Part shown: positions 1-12,270 of the stretch, in pieces
Numbering within the stretch: position 1 is the stretch's first letter
Layout of the letters: each line of letters starts with the position of its first letter
Assembly (NCBI RefSeq): GCF_009914755.1
Contig: NC_060937.1
DNA from: the human T2T-CHM13v2.0 reference genome, Homo sapiens
Strand: one strand, 5' to 3'
DNA length: 64,000 nt
Notes under the pieces: model-generated
Databases searched by the model: none
The model's input: the letters and a program-made list of their open reading frames with translations, nothing else
What the model was told of the DNA's origin: nothing
Made by a program: the position numbers and the translations under genes

Positions 1-419
1 TCAGGCTACTATAAATTATCATAAGCATTTACATGTAGATTCAATTTTGACATTGTGTGTTGACTCTCTGTGATGGTAAACAAGAACACTAGTTTACTTA
101 TACATAAAATCCTTCATCCTACCAATGTAATTATCTCTCAAATTTTATTAAATTTATATTTCATATTTTAATTACTGTGTCTATGTGAATATCATTACGG
201 CTGGGTCAAGTGATACACTATCCATTTCTTAAATTTCTCACACAAATTTTCCCAAAAAAATGTTTAATTGTAATTTAATTATATACCACCTCTCTTTTAT
301 TAATTATAATTTCACATCTAAATAGTCTCCCTATACTTTTAAAAACTCACCTAAATTATCTCCATTTAAATTGATATATGGAGAAATCTGTTGTGATAAC
401 TTATCATTTCCATTTATTT

Positions 420-600
420 ACTTTTTTTCCTGGAGGTGGCCCTCTGGAGCCTTCTGACTTCCTACTGTAGTCTTACCTATTTGCTCACTAGGTCCTTTGC
501 ACTGCTCTCATCCTGGGCTTACTTTTCTGTCATCCTGAAAATTCTCTTCCCCTCTCTTTGGTGTGTGATCTCTTGTTTCATACTTTGATTTATATTTTTC
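420..600 (-). mobile_element. HAL1/old L1-like fragment
   Basis: cctctggagcc...ctctcatcctggg...catcctg resembles the recalled antisense HAL1 sequence; highly diverged, boundaries approximate. Confidence 0.35.
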
Positions 601-825
601 TCACCACTTCTCCAGCCTTTGTCTGCTACCAAGTCACAAAGCCAATGTTACATATTCCAGGTTTTTGTTATGGTATTACCCTGCTAGGCATCAGTTCCTG
701 AATCAATTAGCCTCTATCTAAAATCACCACAAATCACAATCACTTAGCTCATGTTCTGTGGGAGATTTGGAAGGATCAGGAGGTTTTTCTGTTCAGAGGT
801 AGCTGGAGTAATACCTGCTGTGCTC

Positions 826-850
826 GAGCGAGACTCCACCTGAAAAAAAA
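826..850 (+). mobile_element. Extremely 5'-truncated Alu (25 bp) with 16-bp TSD
   Basis: gagcgagactccacctgaaaaaaaa resembles the Alu 3' terminus GAGCGAGACTCCGTCTCA(n); flanked by identical aatacctgctgtgctc at 810-825 and 851-866. Confidence 0.85.
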
Positions 851-928
851 AATACCTGCTGTGCTCATCTGTTTTTGGCTAGCCAACTGGTCAGCCTACA
901 GATAGGTGGTATAAGATCACCTAATCAC

Positions 929-1327
<399 letters not shown>

Positions 1328-1354
1328 TTACATTACGGTCCAATGCTTACAAAG

Positions 1355-1766
1355 TGATATAGTTTGGATCTGTGTCCCTCACCCAAATCTCATGTTGAAT
1401 TGTAAACCCCAATGTTGGAGGTAGGCCCTGGTGGGAGGTGATTGGATCATGGGGGCAGTTTGTCATGGTTTAACACAACCCCGCCTTGGCACTGTTGTGG
1501 TAATAGTGAGTTTTCATGAGATATGGTTGTTTAAAAGTGTGTAGCACCTCCCCCCTCTCTGTTCCTCCTGCTACAGCCACTTAAAGTGCTAGCTCCCACT
1601 TTGCTTTCCAACATGAGTAAAAGCTCCCTGAGGCCTCCCCAGAAGCAGATGCTGCTATGCTTCCTATACAGCCTGCAGAACCATGAGCCAATTAATCCTG
1701 TTTCCTTTATAAATTACCCAGTCTCAGGCGTTTCTTTATAGCAGTGCGAGAAGGAATGCATGAACA
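1355..1766 (+). mobile_element. MSTA-like MaLR solo LTR
   Basis: Starts tgatatagtttggatctgtgtcc...aaatctcatgttgaattgta; 3' part ctttataaattacccagtctcagg...ctttatagcagtg. Confidence 0.9.
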
Positions 1767-2094
1767 CACCACAAGAGCAAGCTCTAGTGCACATGAACGT
1801 TTGATGCTTGAGCTCTCTCTAGCTTGAGAGAAGCTAGAGCTTCTCTCATTTTTTTCCAAATCAAATGGGTCAAAATCAGTCTCAGAGTTATCACAGAATT
1901 AACGGGTCATGGGAATGGAAGGGAAGAACCTTGAGCCCTATTTGCAGTCTATCACTTTATCTTCCATAGCAGTACATTTTCCTATCTAATACGAAATTTA
2001 GGCTGAAAACTTTTGAATCATTTGTGATACTTTCTATGTATCATCAACCTATGTATTTACCTGCCTATTTTTATGTATTTGTTGATTATATATT

Positions 2095-2300
2095 TACAAA
2101 TACTTCTAAATAGCTTAAAATTTGCCACATATTGTTCTAAGTCTTATTTGATAATTTACCCTCTAATCTGAACGTATCTATAAGGTACCACTATTAATAT
2201 TCTTAAATAACACATAAGGAACCTATGGCCAAAGAAGTTAAGTGCATGCCCAATATCACAAGTGGAATTTGAAGCCAGAAAGTCTAGGTCTCAAGTTTGT
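2095..2300 (-). mobile_element. MIR
   Basis: Antisense core gaagttaagtgcatgcccaatatcaca...ggaatttgaagccag. Confidence 0.65.
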
Positions 2301-3819
2301 GTTCCTCATTGTGGCTCTCACATTTGGCTTTTGGCCATGTCACAGCTGCCCGCCATCACTGTATTTAGAATTTTCCTACCTATGATAGCACTTATCACTT
2401 CTTTCTTTTATGCACCACCTTCCTAATTTTTCTTAAAAAATACTTAAAAACTCACCATGAACTACTTAACTATCCACCAGTAAGCTAGTATTTTCCCTTC
2501 CTCTAAAACAGCATGACTTTTTTCAATTTCCTTACATGTTATACTCACCCATAATACTAACCTTTCCCTCAGGGTCTTAACAGCTAAAATATATCATAAT
2601 ATCTTCCCTTCCTCTCCCAATCCTTTCCATGTTCAAACCTCATGCCCCCTTTTTTTAAATAGCCATCTGTGATGTTTCAGTTTCTTTATGTTTCCATCTC
2701 CAGGTATGTGCCGAAACTATATTAATCAATACTCCTTTTGACAGATCATTGGTACTTCTAATAATCATGTTCTGTTTAGAAGTATAGTTTTTTCAAATAC
2801 AATCTAAATTTACTTCATCATTAAAATTATTTCTTTGTTTATTATTTCTTTTTTATTGAGCATTGCAAAAAGAAATTACAGAGAAATTATGCTTTAGGGC
2901 CTCATGTTCAAAGATAATGAAACAGATTATCTTTAATACATATGTATTATACATACAGATATACAGTACGTAAAATTGTTGAATAACAGTGTAAACCAGA
3001 AGCACAGCCTTTTGAACACAATTTCCCACTAGTAGTTGGCATGGAAAGAGTTGATTTTAAAGGATGAGTCCTTTGGAGAACTACTCAAAATAATTTTAGG
3101 GAATTATTAAGATTTCTAAATTTATCTGAAGATGAATAAAAATGTGTGATTAATTGAGAGGATAATACTATTCTAGGATTAGGGGAACACAGTGAGAAAA
3201 TCTTCAGAGCTTGGTTTTTGCAAATTGTAAGCAGAGTGGTGAATAGTAAAATAGGTAATAATAAGAGAAGAAAAAGGTCACATAGTGAAACATATAGTAA
3301 GAAGCCCTAGGTCTAAAAGAGAGCTCAAATTAAAAGTATAGTTACAGCTATTTGTTGATCTGTAATTATTTCTGACTGGCCAACTGAATGCCTTCTGCTA
3401 CAAGTAGGAGAAATAGTTTTAAAGGCATCAAAAACTGATCTAATAGAATAAACCTCATTTAAACTTCATGAGAAATGTGTTACCCTAATTTTCAGGTCTA
3501 TGTCTTTGAGAAATAAAGAAACCTCCAATCTACTTTTAGATATTCTTTTATTGTGAGCCTGTCTTAGAAAACACTGGTTAACTTCTAATTTGCCAGTTCT
3601 ATAATACCATAGCTTTCTTTCTTACTCTAGCTTTGATGGATAAATCATCACAAAATGTAGTGTAATAGCAATAGAACCCAGCCAATAGTAAAAAAAAACA
3701 ACAAAACTCACCCTCTGGGAGACATGACTGAATAAGATCTGATGCTACAACATAGCCTTCCTAATTTCTCAAATCTTACAGATAGATTATAGCAGACTTA
3801 GACTGTATCTGACTACATA

Positions 3820-4026
3820 ATATAGTAGAATAAATATTGGGAATGCAGTTATAGTTTTGGATAAAAAAGATCCAAATGTATGTTCATCCTTTTACTTAGC
3901 TAAAACAGCTCAAACAAGTAAAAATTAATTCTCTAAATGTAAATATTCTTGTGTATAAAATTTGAAAATGATGATACCTGACATTGTTAAGAGTTATAAA
4001 TATGAAAATAGCTAATGCATATTAAG
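3820..4026 (+). mobile_element. MIR, diverged
   Basis: aattaattctct...gtgtataaaa...gatgatacct...ttgttaagagtt is colinear with the MIR core. Confidence 0.5.
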
Positions 4027-4220
4027 TGTGGTGGACACTGTGTTATGTGCCCAAATTCTCTTTCAGGATTAAAGATGTATTTGTCCAGCCACTGAAGGTG
4101 CCACTATATGACAGCCCTCAGATGTTAGACTTGACCAATAATTTTCCTGAACTGAAAGAACGGTCTCTGCCTTATCTAAGATGATACACTTCCTAGGGCA
4201 GCCATCATCTAATAACTCAA
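4027..4220 (+). mobile_element. LTR16-family (ERVL) LTR, 5' part
   Basis: tgtggtggacactgtg...gcccaaattctctttcaggatt...cttcctagggcagcc matches the recalled LTR16 start. Confidence 0.65.
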
Positions 4221-4629
4221 AATACGGGACGTACTTACTAGAAGAATGGAAATTTTTGTTATCCAGTGGCAAATATTTGATTAATGTTTGTCCCAGAGCA
4301 ATTTTGGAAGTAGATGATTTATCACATGAATCTGTATCTCTAAGGGAAGAGGATCTAAAAGAGATTGTTAGTTACAGCCATCAATTGTTGTTGGCAAGAT
4401 ATTACGGAAAGCTTTGTTACCAAAATTGTTGGAATATATATCTTTTTCAACTCTTCTCCTACTGCCATAGTTCCATTCATTTATTCTAAGCCAAAGTGAG
4501 AGATTTCAAGTCATCTTTAACTTTCCAGTGTTTGAGTTCCCTCATCTAATTCATCACCATATTCTACTTTACTTCTTCCAAAATGTCTTAGATGTTCCTT
4601 TTCCACTGAGAAATTGGTTATCATGTTAA

Positions 4630-4876
4630 GAAGCAGAAAGTGTGATATAAAAAGCCTGCATTTTAAACTAAGCAGATGGGATTAAAATCTAAGACCTAAC
4701 CCTGTGTAGTCTCGGAAAAATCTTAAAACCTTTCTAATTTTCAGTGTTCTCATCTTATAAATGAAGATAATGACCTCTACATTTCCAATTTTAGAAAAAA
4801 TTAAAAAAAAATAATTAACATGCATGTGTTCAGTCACTGCATAACACATTATAAGTACTAAATTAATAGGAGCTAT
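4630..4876 (+). mobile_element. MIR
   Basis: tcagtgttctcatcttataaatgaagataatga core and an aatagg-agctat 3' end. Confidence 0.65.
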
Positions 4877-6204
4877 GTGTAATGGCACAATTGATGTATT
4901 CATTCTGCTGTCTAGTGAGACAGAAGCTCCTACCTAGCCGGCTTGTCTCCATTTCCTTACCACGTACTTCATATAATCATTTTACATGAAATATTCACCA
5001 TTATGATAAAGAGCTTAATATATTATTTTCATTATTATATTCCTTTGAATTCAATGAATTTTATTGGCTAACCATCTTTTCTATGCTAACTTTCCCCTAA
5101 ATCAATTTTTCCTGAATCTCCAATATTACCCTCGATTCCAGTAAGAAATTCCTCCTCATTATTTCCCAATAAATTTGCTAGCTTTTTATGCGCTGTGCCT
5201 TTTCTCTTTTTCTGCCTAAATCACATCAATACTTTAAAATTCAGTTAATATCTACTGTATAAGATTGCACTTGATTAAATCATGCTTTACTAATCTTTTT
5301 TCTCTCATAGTATAATGCATCTATTCAATTGCTCTCAAACAGTTTGATATAGTTAGTTAGATATTAATCTACTTGAGGAGAGAATACTTGAATTCAATTA
5401 TTTTATATTCTCCCCAGAACATGAAACAAAGCTCCATAAACATTAAATTCTAAAACAGTTCTATTGGTAGGTAGTTCATTTTTTCCTTGATGTTAAATTC
5501 GCTAAGATATTTTATTTTATGTAATATTATATGTTTACTGTATTCAAAATTGACAGGTATACATAGAAATACTAGTTGACTTTTGCTTTATTTCATTTTC
5601 ACATTAAAATTAAAAAGATGTATATGTAAAACTAGAGAGAAAATAATTCCGTTTAGGACATTTTCAATTTAATTTATCACAAATTATATTTTGATACTTA
5701 TGCAATATTTAGGTAAAAGATAACGTAAACTTTCCATTTAACTTATGTGATTTAAGCTGATACTTAAGATCGGTAAGGAGGAAAATTAGAATTTTTTTCT
5801 CATAAAATCTGAATGGATTTTTTTCCCAACTTTTAAAAACTCAACATTTTGGAGGACAATAACTTGATTATTTGAATAATTAGGATACAAATCTATAGCA
5901 ACTTTCTGGCATGTAAATTATTCATACAATTGTAGAAATTTTTCTATCTCTATTTAGAAAATATAAAATCTCATACAACTTTGTTCATGCAACTAATTCT
6001 GTTTCTCTATTAGCAGAGTTGCTCTTGTTGACAGATCAAATAGAAAATAAAAAATAATGAACAATATGTATTTTATTTAATCTTTAACTTCCCTAAATAG
6101 CAAACATATAGGAAATTTCTATTGAGCTACAGTAATATTAAAACCTACAAAAATATTCCAGTTTATTTTCATTTCTCAACACACAATTTTACTGAAAAAA
6201 TACT

Positions 6205-6420
6205 CATAATTATTGTGTATATTGGTAAGTGCTTTACACTTTCCAAGTGTTCTCATCTCCAGTATATTTTTCAACCTTCAGAGTTACACTGGGAGAAAAA
6301 TCAATAGAAAAATAACTGACCCCCACAAGGTTAAATGATTGGCAGAGTACGCAACTAGTAATTGAACCTCAAAATTAAAATCAGGTAATCTGACTATTGA
6401 GTTTGTGGTGCATTTTACAA
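6205..6420 (-). mobile_element. MIR
   Basis: gtgctttacactttccaagtg...aactgac...aggttaaatgattggc...caactagta. Confidence 0.6.
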
Positions 6421-6900
6421 TAGGCAGTTGCTATTCAATTCAAAGACATTGTCGTATGTGAAAACCTTACTCTTTTGTCTTTTATATTTCAAAACCACTC
6501 ACAAGAAATTGAGCAAACTGTCTCACTCTGCCGAAACATTTGTGATAATTGACCATTTTTATCTATCATGCTTTTTAAATAAAAAATACATATTGGATAT
6601 TGTAAATCAGAATAGAAAAATCTAAGTGACAGATATATCGTCCTCTTAATTTCAGCCTTTTTGAATCCTGTTATATATAAGAAGAGAATTACATATTGAA
6701 AAAGTAAAGAGATTAAGGAAAGCAGATAATCATGGTAAAATTTCTGCTTCTCTGAGTTCTCCCTATAGCTCGTAAGTTTTTCTTAAGTCCTAAATCAGTT
6801 TGACTCTTAGATTAGCCAGAATTCCTGACAGTGTTTTTGTATATCATTGCTAATAAGTTATTTACTATTTTTGATGAAACCCTTGAAGAAATTCTTAGGA

Positions 6901-7352
6901 AATTTTTTTATTGAGATGTCATTGACATATAAAAATTGTATGTATTTAAAATATACAATTTGACGTTTGGATATACATATACCTTGTGAAATGATCACCA
7001 TAATCAACCTAATTAACATATCTATTTTCTCTACATACTTACCAGTGTGCATGTGTGTGTGTGTAAAGTGTGTGTTGAGATTTAAGATCTATCCTCTTAG
7101 CAAATTATAAGTAAGCAAGACAAAGAAAGAGAAATACTGAATGATATTACTTGTATGTGGAAAGTAGAAGAGTCAAATTTGTAGAAGCAGAAAGAGGAAT
7201 GGTGGTTGTCAGGGTATGGGGGAAGAAAAGGGAAAAGGAGTGATGTTAGCCAAAGGGTGCAAATTTCCACTTATGTAAGCTGGATAATTTCTGGAGATCT
7301 AATGCATAGTATGATGATGATAGTTAACAATGCTCTATTGTGTACTTGGAAA
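6901..7352 (-). mobile_element. L1MA-type 3' end with 5' inversion
   Basis: 6901-7106 is the antisense L1MA terminus; 7107-7352 is the directly upstream 3'UTR segment in sense orientation. Confidence 0.8.
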
Positions 7353-8547
7353 GAAGTCTTGCGGTGCAAGCTTTCTGCTTATTGTGTTTGCTATATTGAT
7401 AGCCTGTTTTTATCCTCTGCAGATTGTGAAAGATTAATAGGATGACATCACTGTTATTATCTCAATTTCTATGCAAATTTCTCTCTCTCAAAAACAAAAT
7501 TTTGAGTTGTCCACTCTGCCTTCTTTATAAGGTCTTCTTTATCTCTATATACTCTGTTTAATATTTATATACCTACATGCTATCCACTACAGAAAAATTA
7601 AGTTCTGTTTATGTTTTATGTTTTTTTCTAAACCTACATATTAATTCTTGCATTCATATAACCAACTTACCCAGTTTATTGAAGATTTTTTTTTGCCACT
7701 TCAAATATTTTTTCATGAGCTGGATTTCAGATTCTGCATAACAATGCAATATCTGAAGGTAGTAAAAAGTTACTTACAAAATTCTGAAGGAGGAGAGCAT
7801 GATCCCTGTCTATGTATCCTTTTACAAACCAGAAACCAACAAAAAATATATTGAGCCATTTTTGAAAATAAAATAATGATGAAATCTAGCCAGTCAAAGG
7901 GTAAATCAAAGAAACAAATTCTGAAATATAGAATCCAGGTAGAAGTATGGATGACCAATATCTATCAATGCATTCATCAATCCTTTTCACCCATTCATCT
8001 ACCTATTTATCCATTCATGGGTGAGCAACTGACAATCATATAGAAACAGAGACAAGCAATTATGGACATCAGAGTTTTTCAAAGAAGAAAAAGTTATTGA
8101 GTATTTGAAAACTAGGAAATAGTTAATTTCTATATTTCGCATCATTATTCTTATTGAAAAATAGATATTCTCTAATGTAGGACATGCAGTTTGCAAAGAT
8201 TAGTGGCTCTAGAGTTATTTTTCTATGCCTTGCAGACAAGATTGAGGAATTAATACTTCGTTGCAATGAAATAATTATACTTCCACAATATACTCCATTT
8301 TGTTTTGTTAATTGGTGCTTGTTTACATGCAAGCAAAATTAAATTCAATAATTTTCACTAAAATTAAAATATGATTAATGTTTTCTAAAATATACTTTGT
8401 ATAGATCAATTTCTCCTTTCTTTCATTTGCTTATTTTTTCTATTTAAAAATGTCATCTGCATATCACATAAGTTGATGATCTTTAAATGTTAATAAAGAT
8501 AATTTCTTAGTGGTGGGCTTTTTGATGTTGTATACAAATTATTTTGA

Positions 8548-8695
8548 GGCTGGGCATGGTGGCTCATGCCTTTAATCCCTGCACTTTGGGACGCCGAGCA
8601 GGATCACTTGAGCTCAGGAGTTCGAGATCAGCCTGGGCAGCATAGTGAGACCCCGTCTCCATGTTTATTTTAAAAAACAGAAAAGACAAAGAAAA
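8548..8695 (+). mobile_element. FLAM_C / free left Alu monomer
   Basis: ggctgggcatggtggctcatgcc...ggatcacttgagctcaggagttcgag...gagaccccgtctc then an A-rich tail; no right arm. Confidence 0.85.
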
Positions 8696-9069
8696 AAATT
8701 TATTTTGTGTTTTTATATAAATAATTTTTAATTTGCATATACTTTATCTTATATTCAATTTAATAATGTTAAATTTGTATTTGGAAGATAAATTATAAAT
8801 TCCAATAAAAATTGACAAAAGAAAGTGATTCTTAAGGGCTATATTGTAAGAAAGTATTATGGTTTATTTAAAATTTCAGTTTTTTCTTGTAGATTTCTTT
8901 GGATTTTTACATATAACAGATATTGGGAAGCCATTCTAATCAAAAGAAACAAAATGACAAAAATAATTTCTTACAAAATACTGACTCTGGTTTGATATAA
9001 ATACAGTGAAGATATTAGTTCAAGGTGTAGAATGCATTGTAGAGTTGCAAGACAGAATGTTAGGAAATT

Positions 9070-9235
9070 ATTTTATTCATTTCTTATTTATTCATCTGTT
9101 CATTCCTTTGACAAATTTGTATTTAGTCTCTATTGTAAGCCAGGCATGATTTTAGCACCTTGGTATTCATTAGTGAACAAAACACAAAGATCTCTGGTAT
9201 GTTGGATCTTGCATTCCATTCCCGGGGTAGTGGAG
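9070..9235 (-). mobile_element. L2 3' end
   Basis: (ttca)-rich terminus, then tattgtaagccaggcatg...gtgaacaaaacaca. Confidence 0.7.
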
Positions 9236-10739
9236 ACTGAGTGTTGTATGAGGATGCTAAGTGGGCCTCTGCTACGGTAATGACATAAGCAATGGATATA
9301 AATGAAAATATAGAAAAGACAAATTAGCAACATTGCATATGACTAATTAGTTATTCAGGAAATGTGTTACTCCCAGTAAGCATGTCTGGCAGAGTTGTGC
9401 TATCATTTGTGTATGAATTATCATGAATTCCACCTAAACGTAGTAATTCCCCATTGTGATTGTGTGCTTGTTTACTTACTACAGAGTTCAAAAAAGGATT
9501 TAAAGAACCTTACACAAATACGTATATTAAAACAGGATAAATCTCTGTACTCTTTTGTTTTTTTTCTAAATTCCCTGGGTATCGAGTTTTTCTAACAAAA
9601 GTAATCCCCTTATCAGGATCACATAACTATTCATAAAACAGAGGGGCCACTAGAAAATTGTGGTTTTTGGATCACTAAATAATTATTTTGAGGATTACAT
9701 GCGTCTATAATTCTTATTCCATTGGAATTTAAGGATTGATGAGCTCAGAATCTGTTAAGGATTTAAGAGCTTTTCAAGGAATGATCTATATAAATACAGG
9801 GTTTTACATTACAATATCTTCCCTTTCTACTGCCATGTCAAGGTGGGGCTCACTCAGAGAGCAGCTTATGGGGCATTTACTCCATAAGCTGCTGATTATG
9901 TTCTTTAAAGTCTGCGAGGCTCAGTTTCTCACAGATGGTACCTGCTGTACTCACAACTTCTGAGCATGATTTGTCAGTCATCACCAGATCTCTTCATGGC
10001 CACAATTCTTTTTAGGTTCTGGGGTGACATTTGAAGTACATAATATTTGACAGCTGTTACACTTACTGGATAAACAGTGTTGATGACAAAGTTTTTGTAA
10101 TTTTCATTTCACTGACTCCATTTACAACTTAAAGCAGAGTTAATTTCTGTTTACATGAAGAAAATAAATGAATTGGCAAATTACAACAATTTTCTAATTA
10201 ACTAAAACAAAATTAAAAACAAGAATTACCCTCAATTACCAGTAAATTTCAGAAAAAAAAGAAACAAACAAACCTGTGGATTTCTTCATTTACTTGGCTA
10301 CTGTAATTTTCATATTTTTCTTTTGTTCTTTTTTACTTTGACTTTGAGAAAATTATTCACATATTTTCCTTTTTCCCCATAACTTCATTATGTGAAATTA
10401 CTTAAGATTTGCACCAATATCCTATCACAGTAATAATGATCAATTACATACCCATGCTATGTGCTATATGTGTGTTCTGACCTCTACGGTGCAAACTAAG
10501 TAGAGAGAATACAGTGAAAAATCTAGAGGAAATGAAGTGTGGTACAATGAACTCTATGTAGGGGGCAGGCATGGGATAATGTAAAGTAAATTCCATAAGA
10601 CAATAAATAAAAACATTTATCTTCTGTGGAAGGTTTAAGGTTGGCTTTTTAATGCTCCATTTGTTTTAGCCTTCTCTAGGTATTACCTAGGTTATGGCTA
10701 GAGATTAGTATCTTTATTCACATGATGGTTACCTAGAGG

Positions 10740-11278
10740 GTCTTAAAGTTCTCCTCAGCTTGACTATACTTCAGACAGCTTTCTTCCTGAGTATAGGTCC
10801 CGATTTTCTTTGTTAGGGCATTTAATTTAGAAAACATACCATTATAAATTCTTTCTCTGCCTCTTTGAGATGTCCACCTTCTCCCAACCTCTTGTCAGTT
10901 TTACAACCCAGTGATGTCTTTCTTAAGGACCTGAGAGCCAACCCGTTGAAAGTAATCATCAGAAAGATAGTGTCTCTATCTCAGTCTCTGTGGGAAGGTA
11001 GATGCCTAACTTCAATAAGTGCCAGGTCACAAATACAGATGACTCAATCACACTAACCACCCTCCATTCTTACATCTTCCAGTGCTTTTCCACTGGAGGA
11101 TTTGCCTGCAACAGTTGATTACATTCAGTGCTTAAAAACTCTCCTGCCTTTTTTTCCGTTAGTGGAGTTGAGTTCAGTATCTCTTTTCTATTGCAATAGT
11201 CTTAACCCCTATTGCAATAATTTAAAATAAAATCTTCTTGCCTGTTTAACTTGTCCAGTGCATTTTTTATTTTATACC
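10740..11278 (+). mobile_element. MER67-like ERV1 (MER4-group) solo LTR
   Basis: ctcctcagcttgactatacttcagacag...aaattctttctctgcctctttgagatgt...ctattgcaatagtctt...aataaa. Confidence 0.7.
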
Positions 11279-11665
11279 AGTTTTGAGAGAAATGACTTAA
11301 CTCCTGTTGTATCTGAATCTGTATGATTATGGGCTGTATTTCAATTGAGGGTGACTGTATTGTAGTCACTAGTGTGGTGAATTGCTTTTTAAAATGAAAT
11401 AGTAATGACCACATTAAGAAACAATGAAGAAAGCTCTGCTACGTTAACCAGCACACATATTCATGAGAAGCCTAATTCTCTTCGCTTCTGAGAGTAGAAA
11501 GACACTGCCGTGGTTGCAGAGAGTTGGCCCATGATTTAATGGAGGATGGTAGAAATTCTTCATCTTTTATTGTAACTGGCTCTATGTTGGGTCATTGTAC
11601 TTTGGAATCAGCATGACTAGAGAAATCTTTAGAAAAAGAGATCCATTAAGAGTTGGAGGGCTGGG

Positions 11666-11699
11666 GCAGTCGTTCTAGTGCCATCTCCAGAGGGCACTT
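11666..11699 (+). promoter_or_regulatory. Candidate CTCF site
   Basis: tctccagagggcact fits the core CCASYAGRKGGCRSY with mismatches only at the 5' edge; gcagt lies upstream; motif match only. Confidence 0.4.
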
Positions 11700-12174
11700 A
11701 TGATATCATCTTAAAATCTCAATCCTGCTCTGTTTATATCATTCCAGTAGCATATAGTAGCACACACACAGAAAGCAGAAAATAGACCATTTTTTCTTGT
11801 GTTTACTGTCTTTTTATTAATTTTCCCCCAAATTTTGAAAAGATTTTTGTAAGCTTTCTTAGAAATTTAAATGCAGAAAATATATTTTCACAATATTTTC
11901 TACTTTAGTTCAAATGAAATAAAACATTATTGAAAATACTCAAATTATATTCTTTTGGTTGAAACTTAGATCATGTATATGTGTGTTGTATAAGCACATA
12001 TATCATATATTCCTCAGCATTTGCAGAGCTGTCATGTACTAACAGTAAACATTAATATTTGTCTATAGTATGGACACAAATGTATGTTGTATTTAGAGCT
12101 AGATGCCATGCTATATATGTGTTTTGACCTCCGCAGTGCAAACTTTCCTGAGTAGAGAAGACACAGAGAGTAAA

Positions 12175-12270
12175 GATATATGCCATGTCTTTATATATTA
12201 TATAAATTATATGTATGTGTGTATATATACATACACACATATATATTTAAATGCATTATATATAAATATG
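12175..12270. repeat. TA/CA-rich low-complexity tract
   Basis: Imperfect (TA)n/(TG)n run. Confidence 0.8.

Noticed and set aside
11188-11220. ctattgcaata repeated twice
   Set aside because: Probably intrinsic to this LTR family's 3' region
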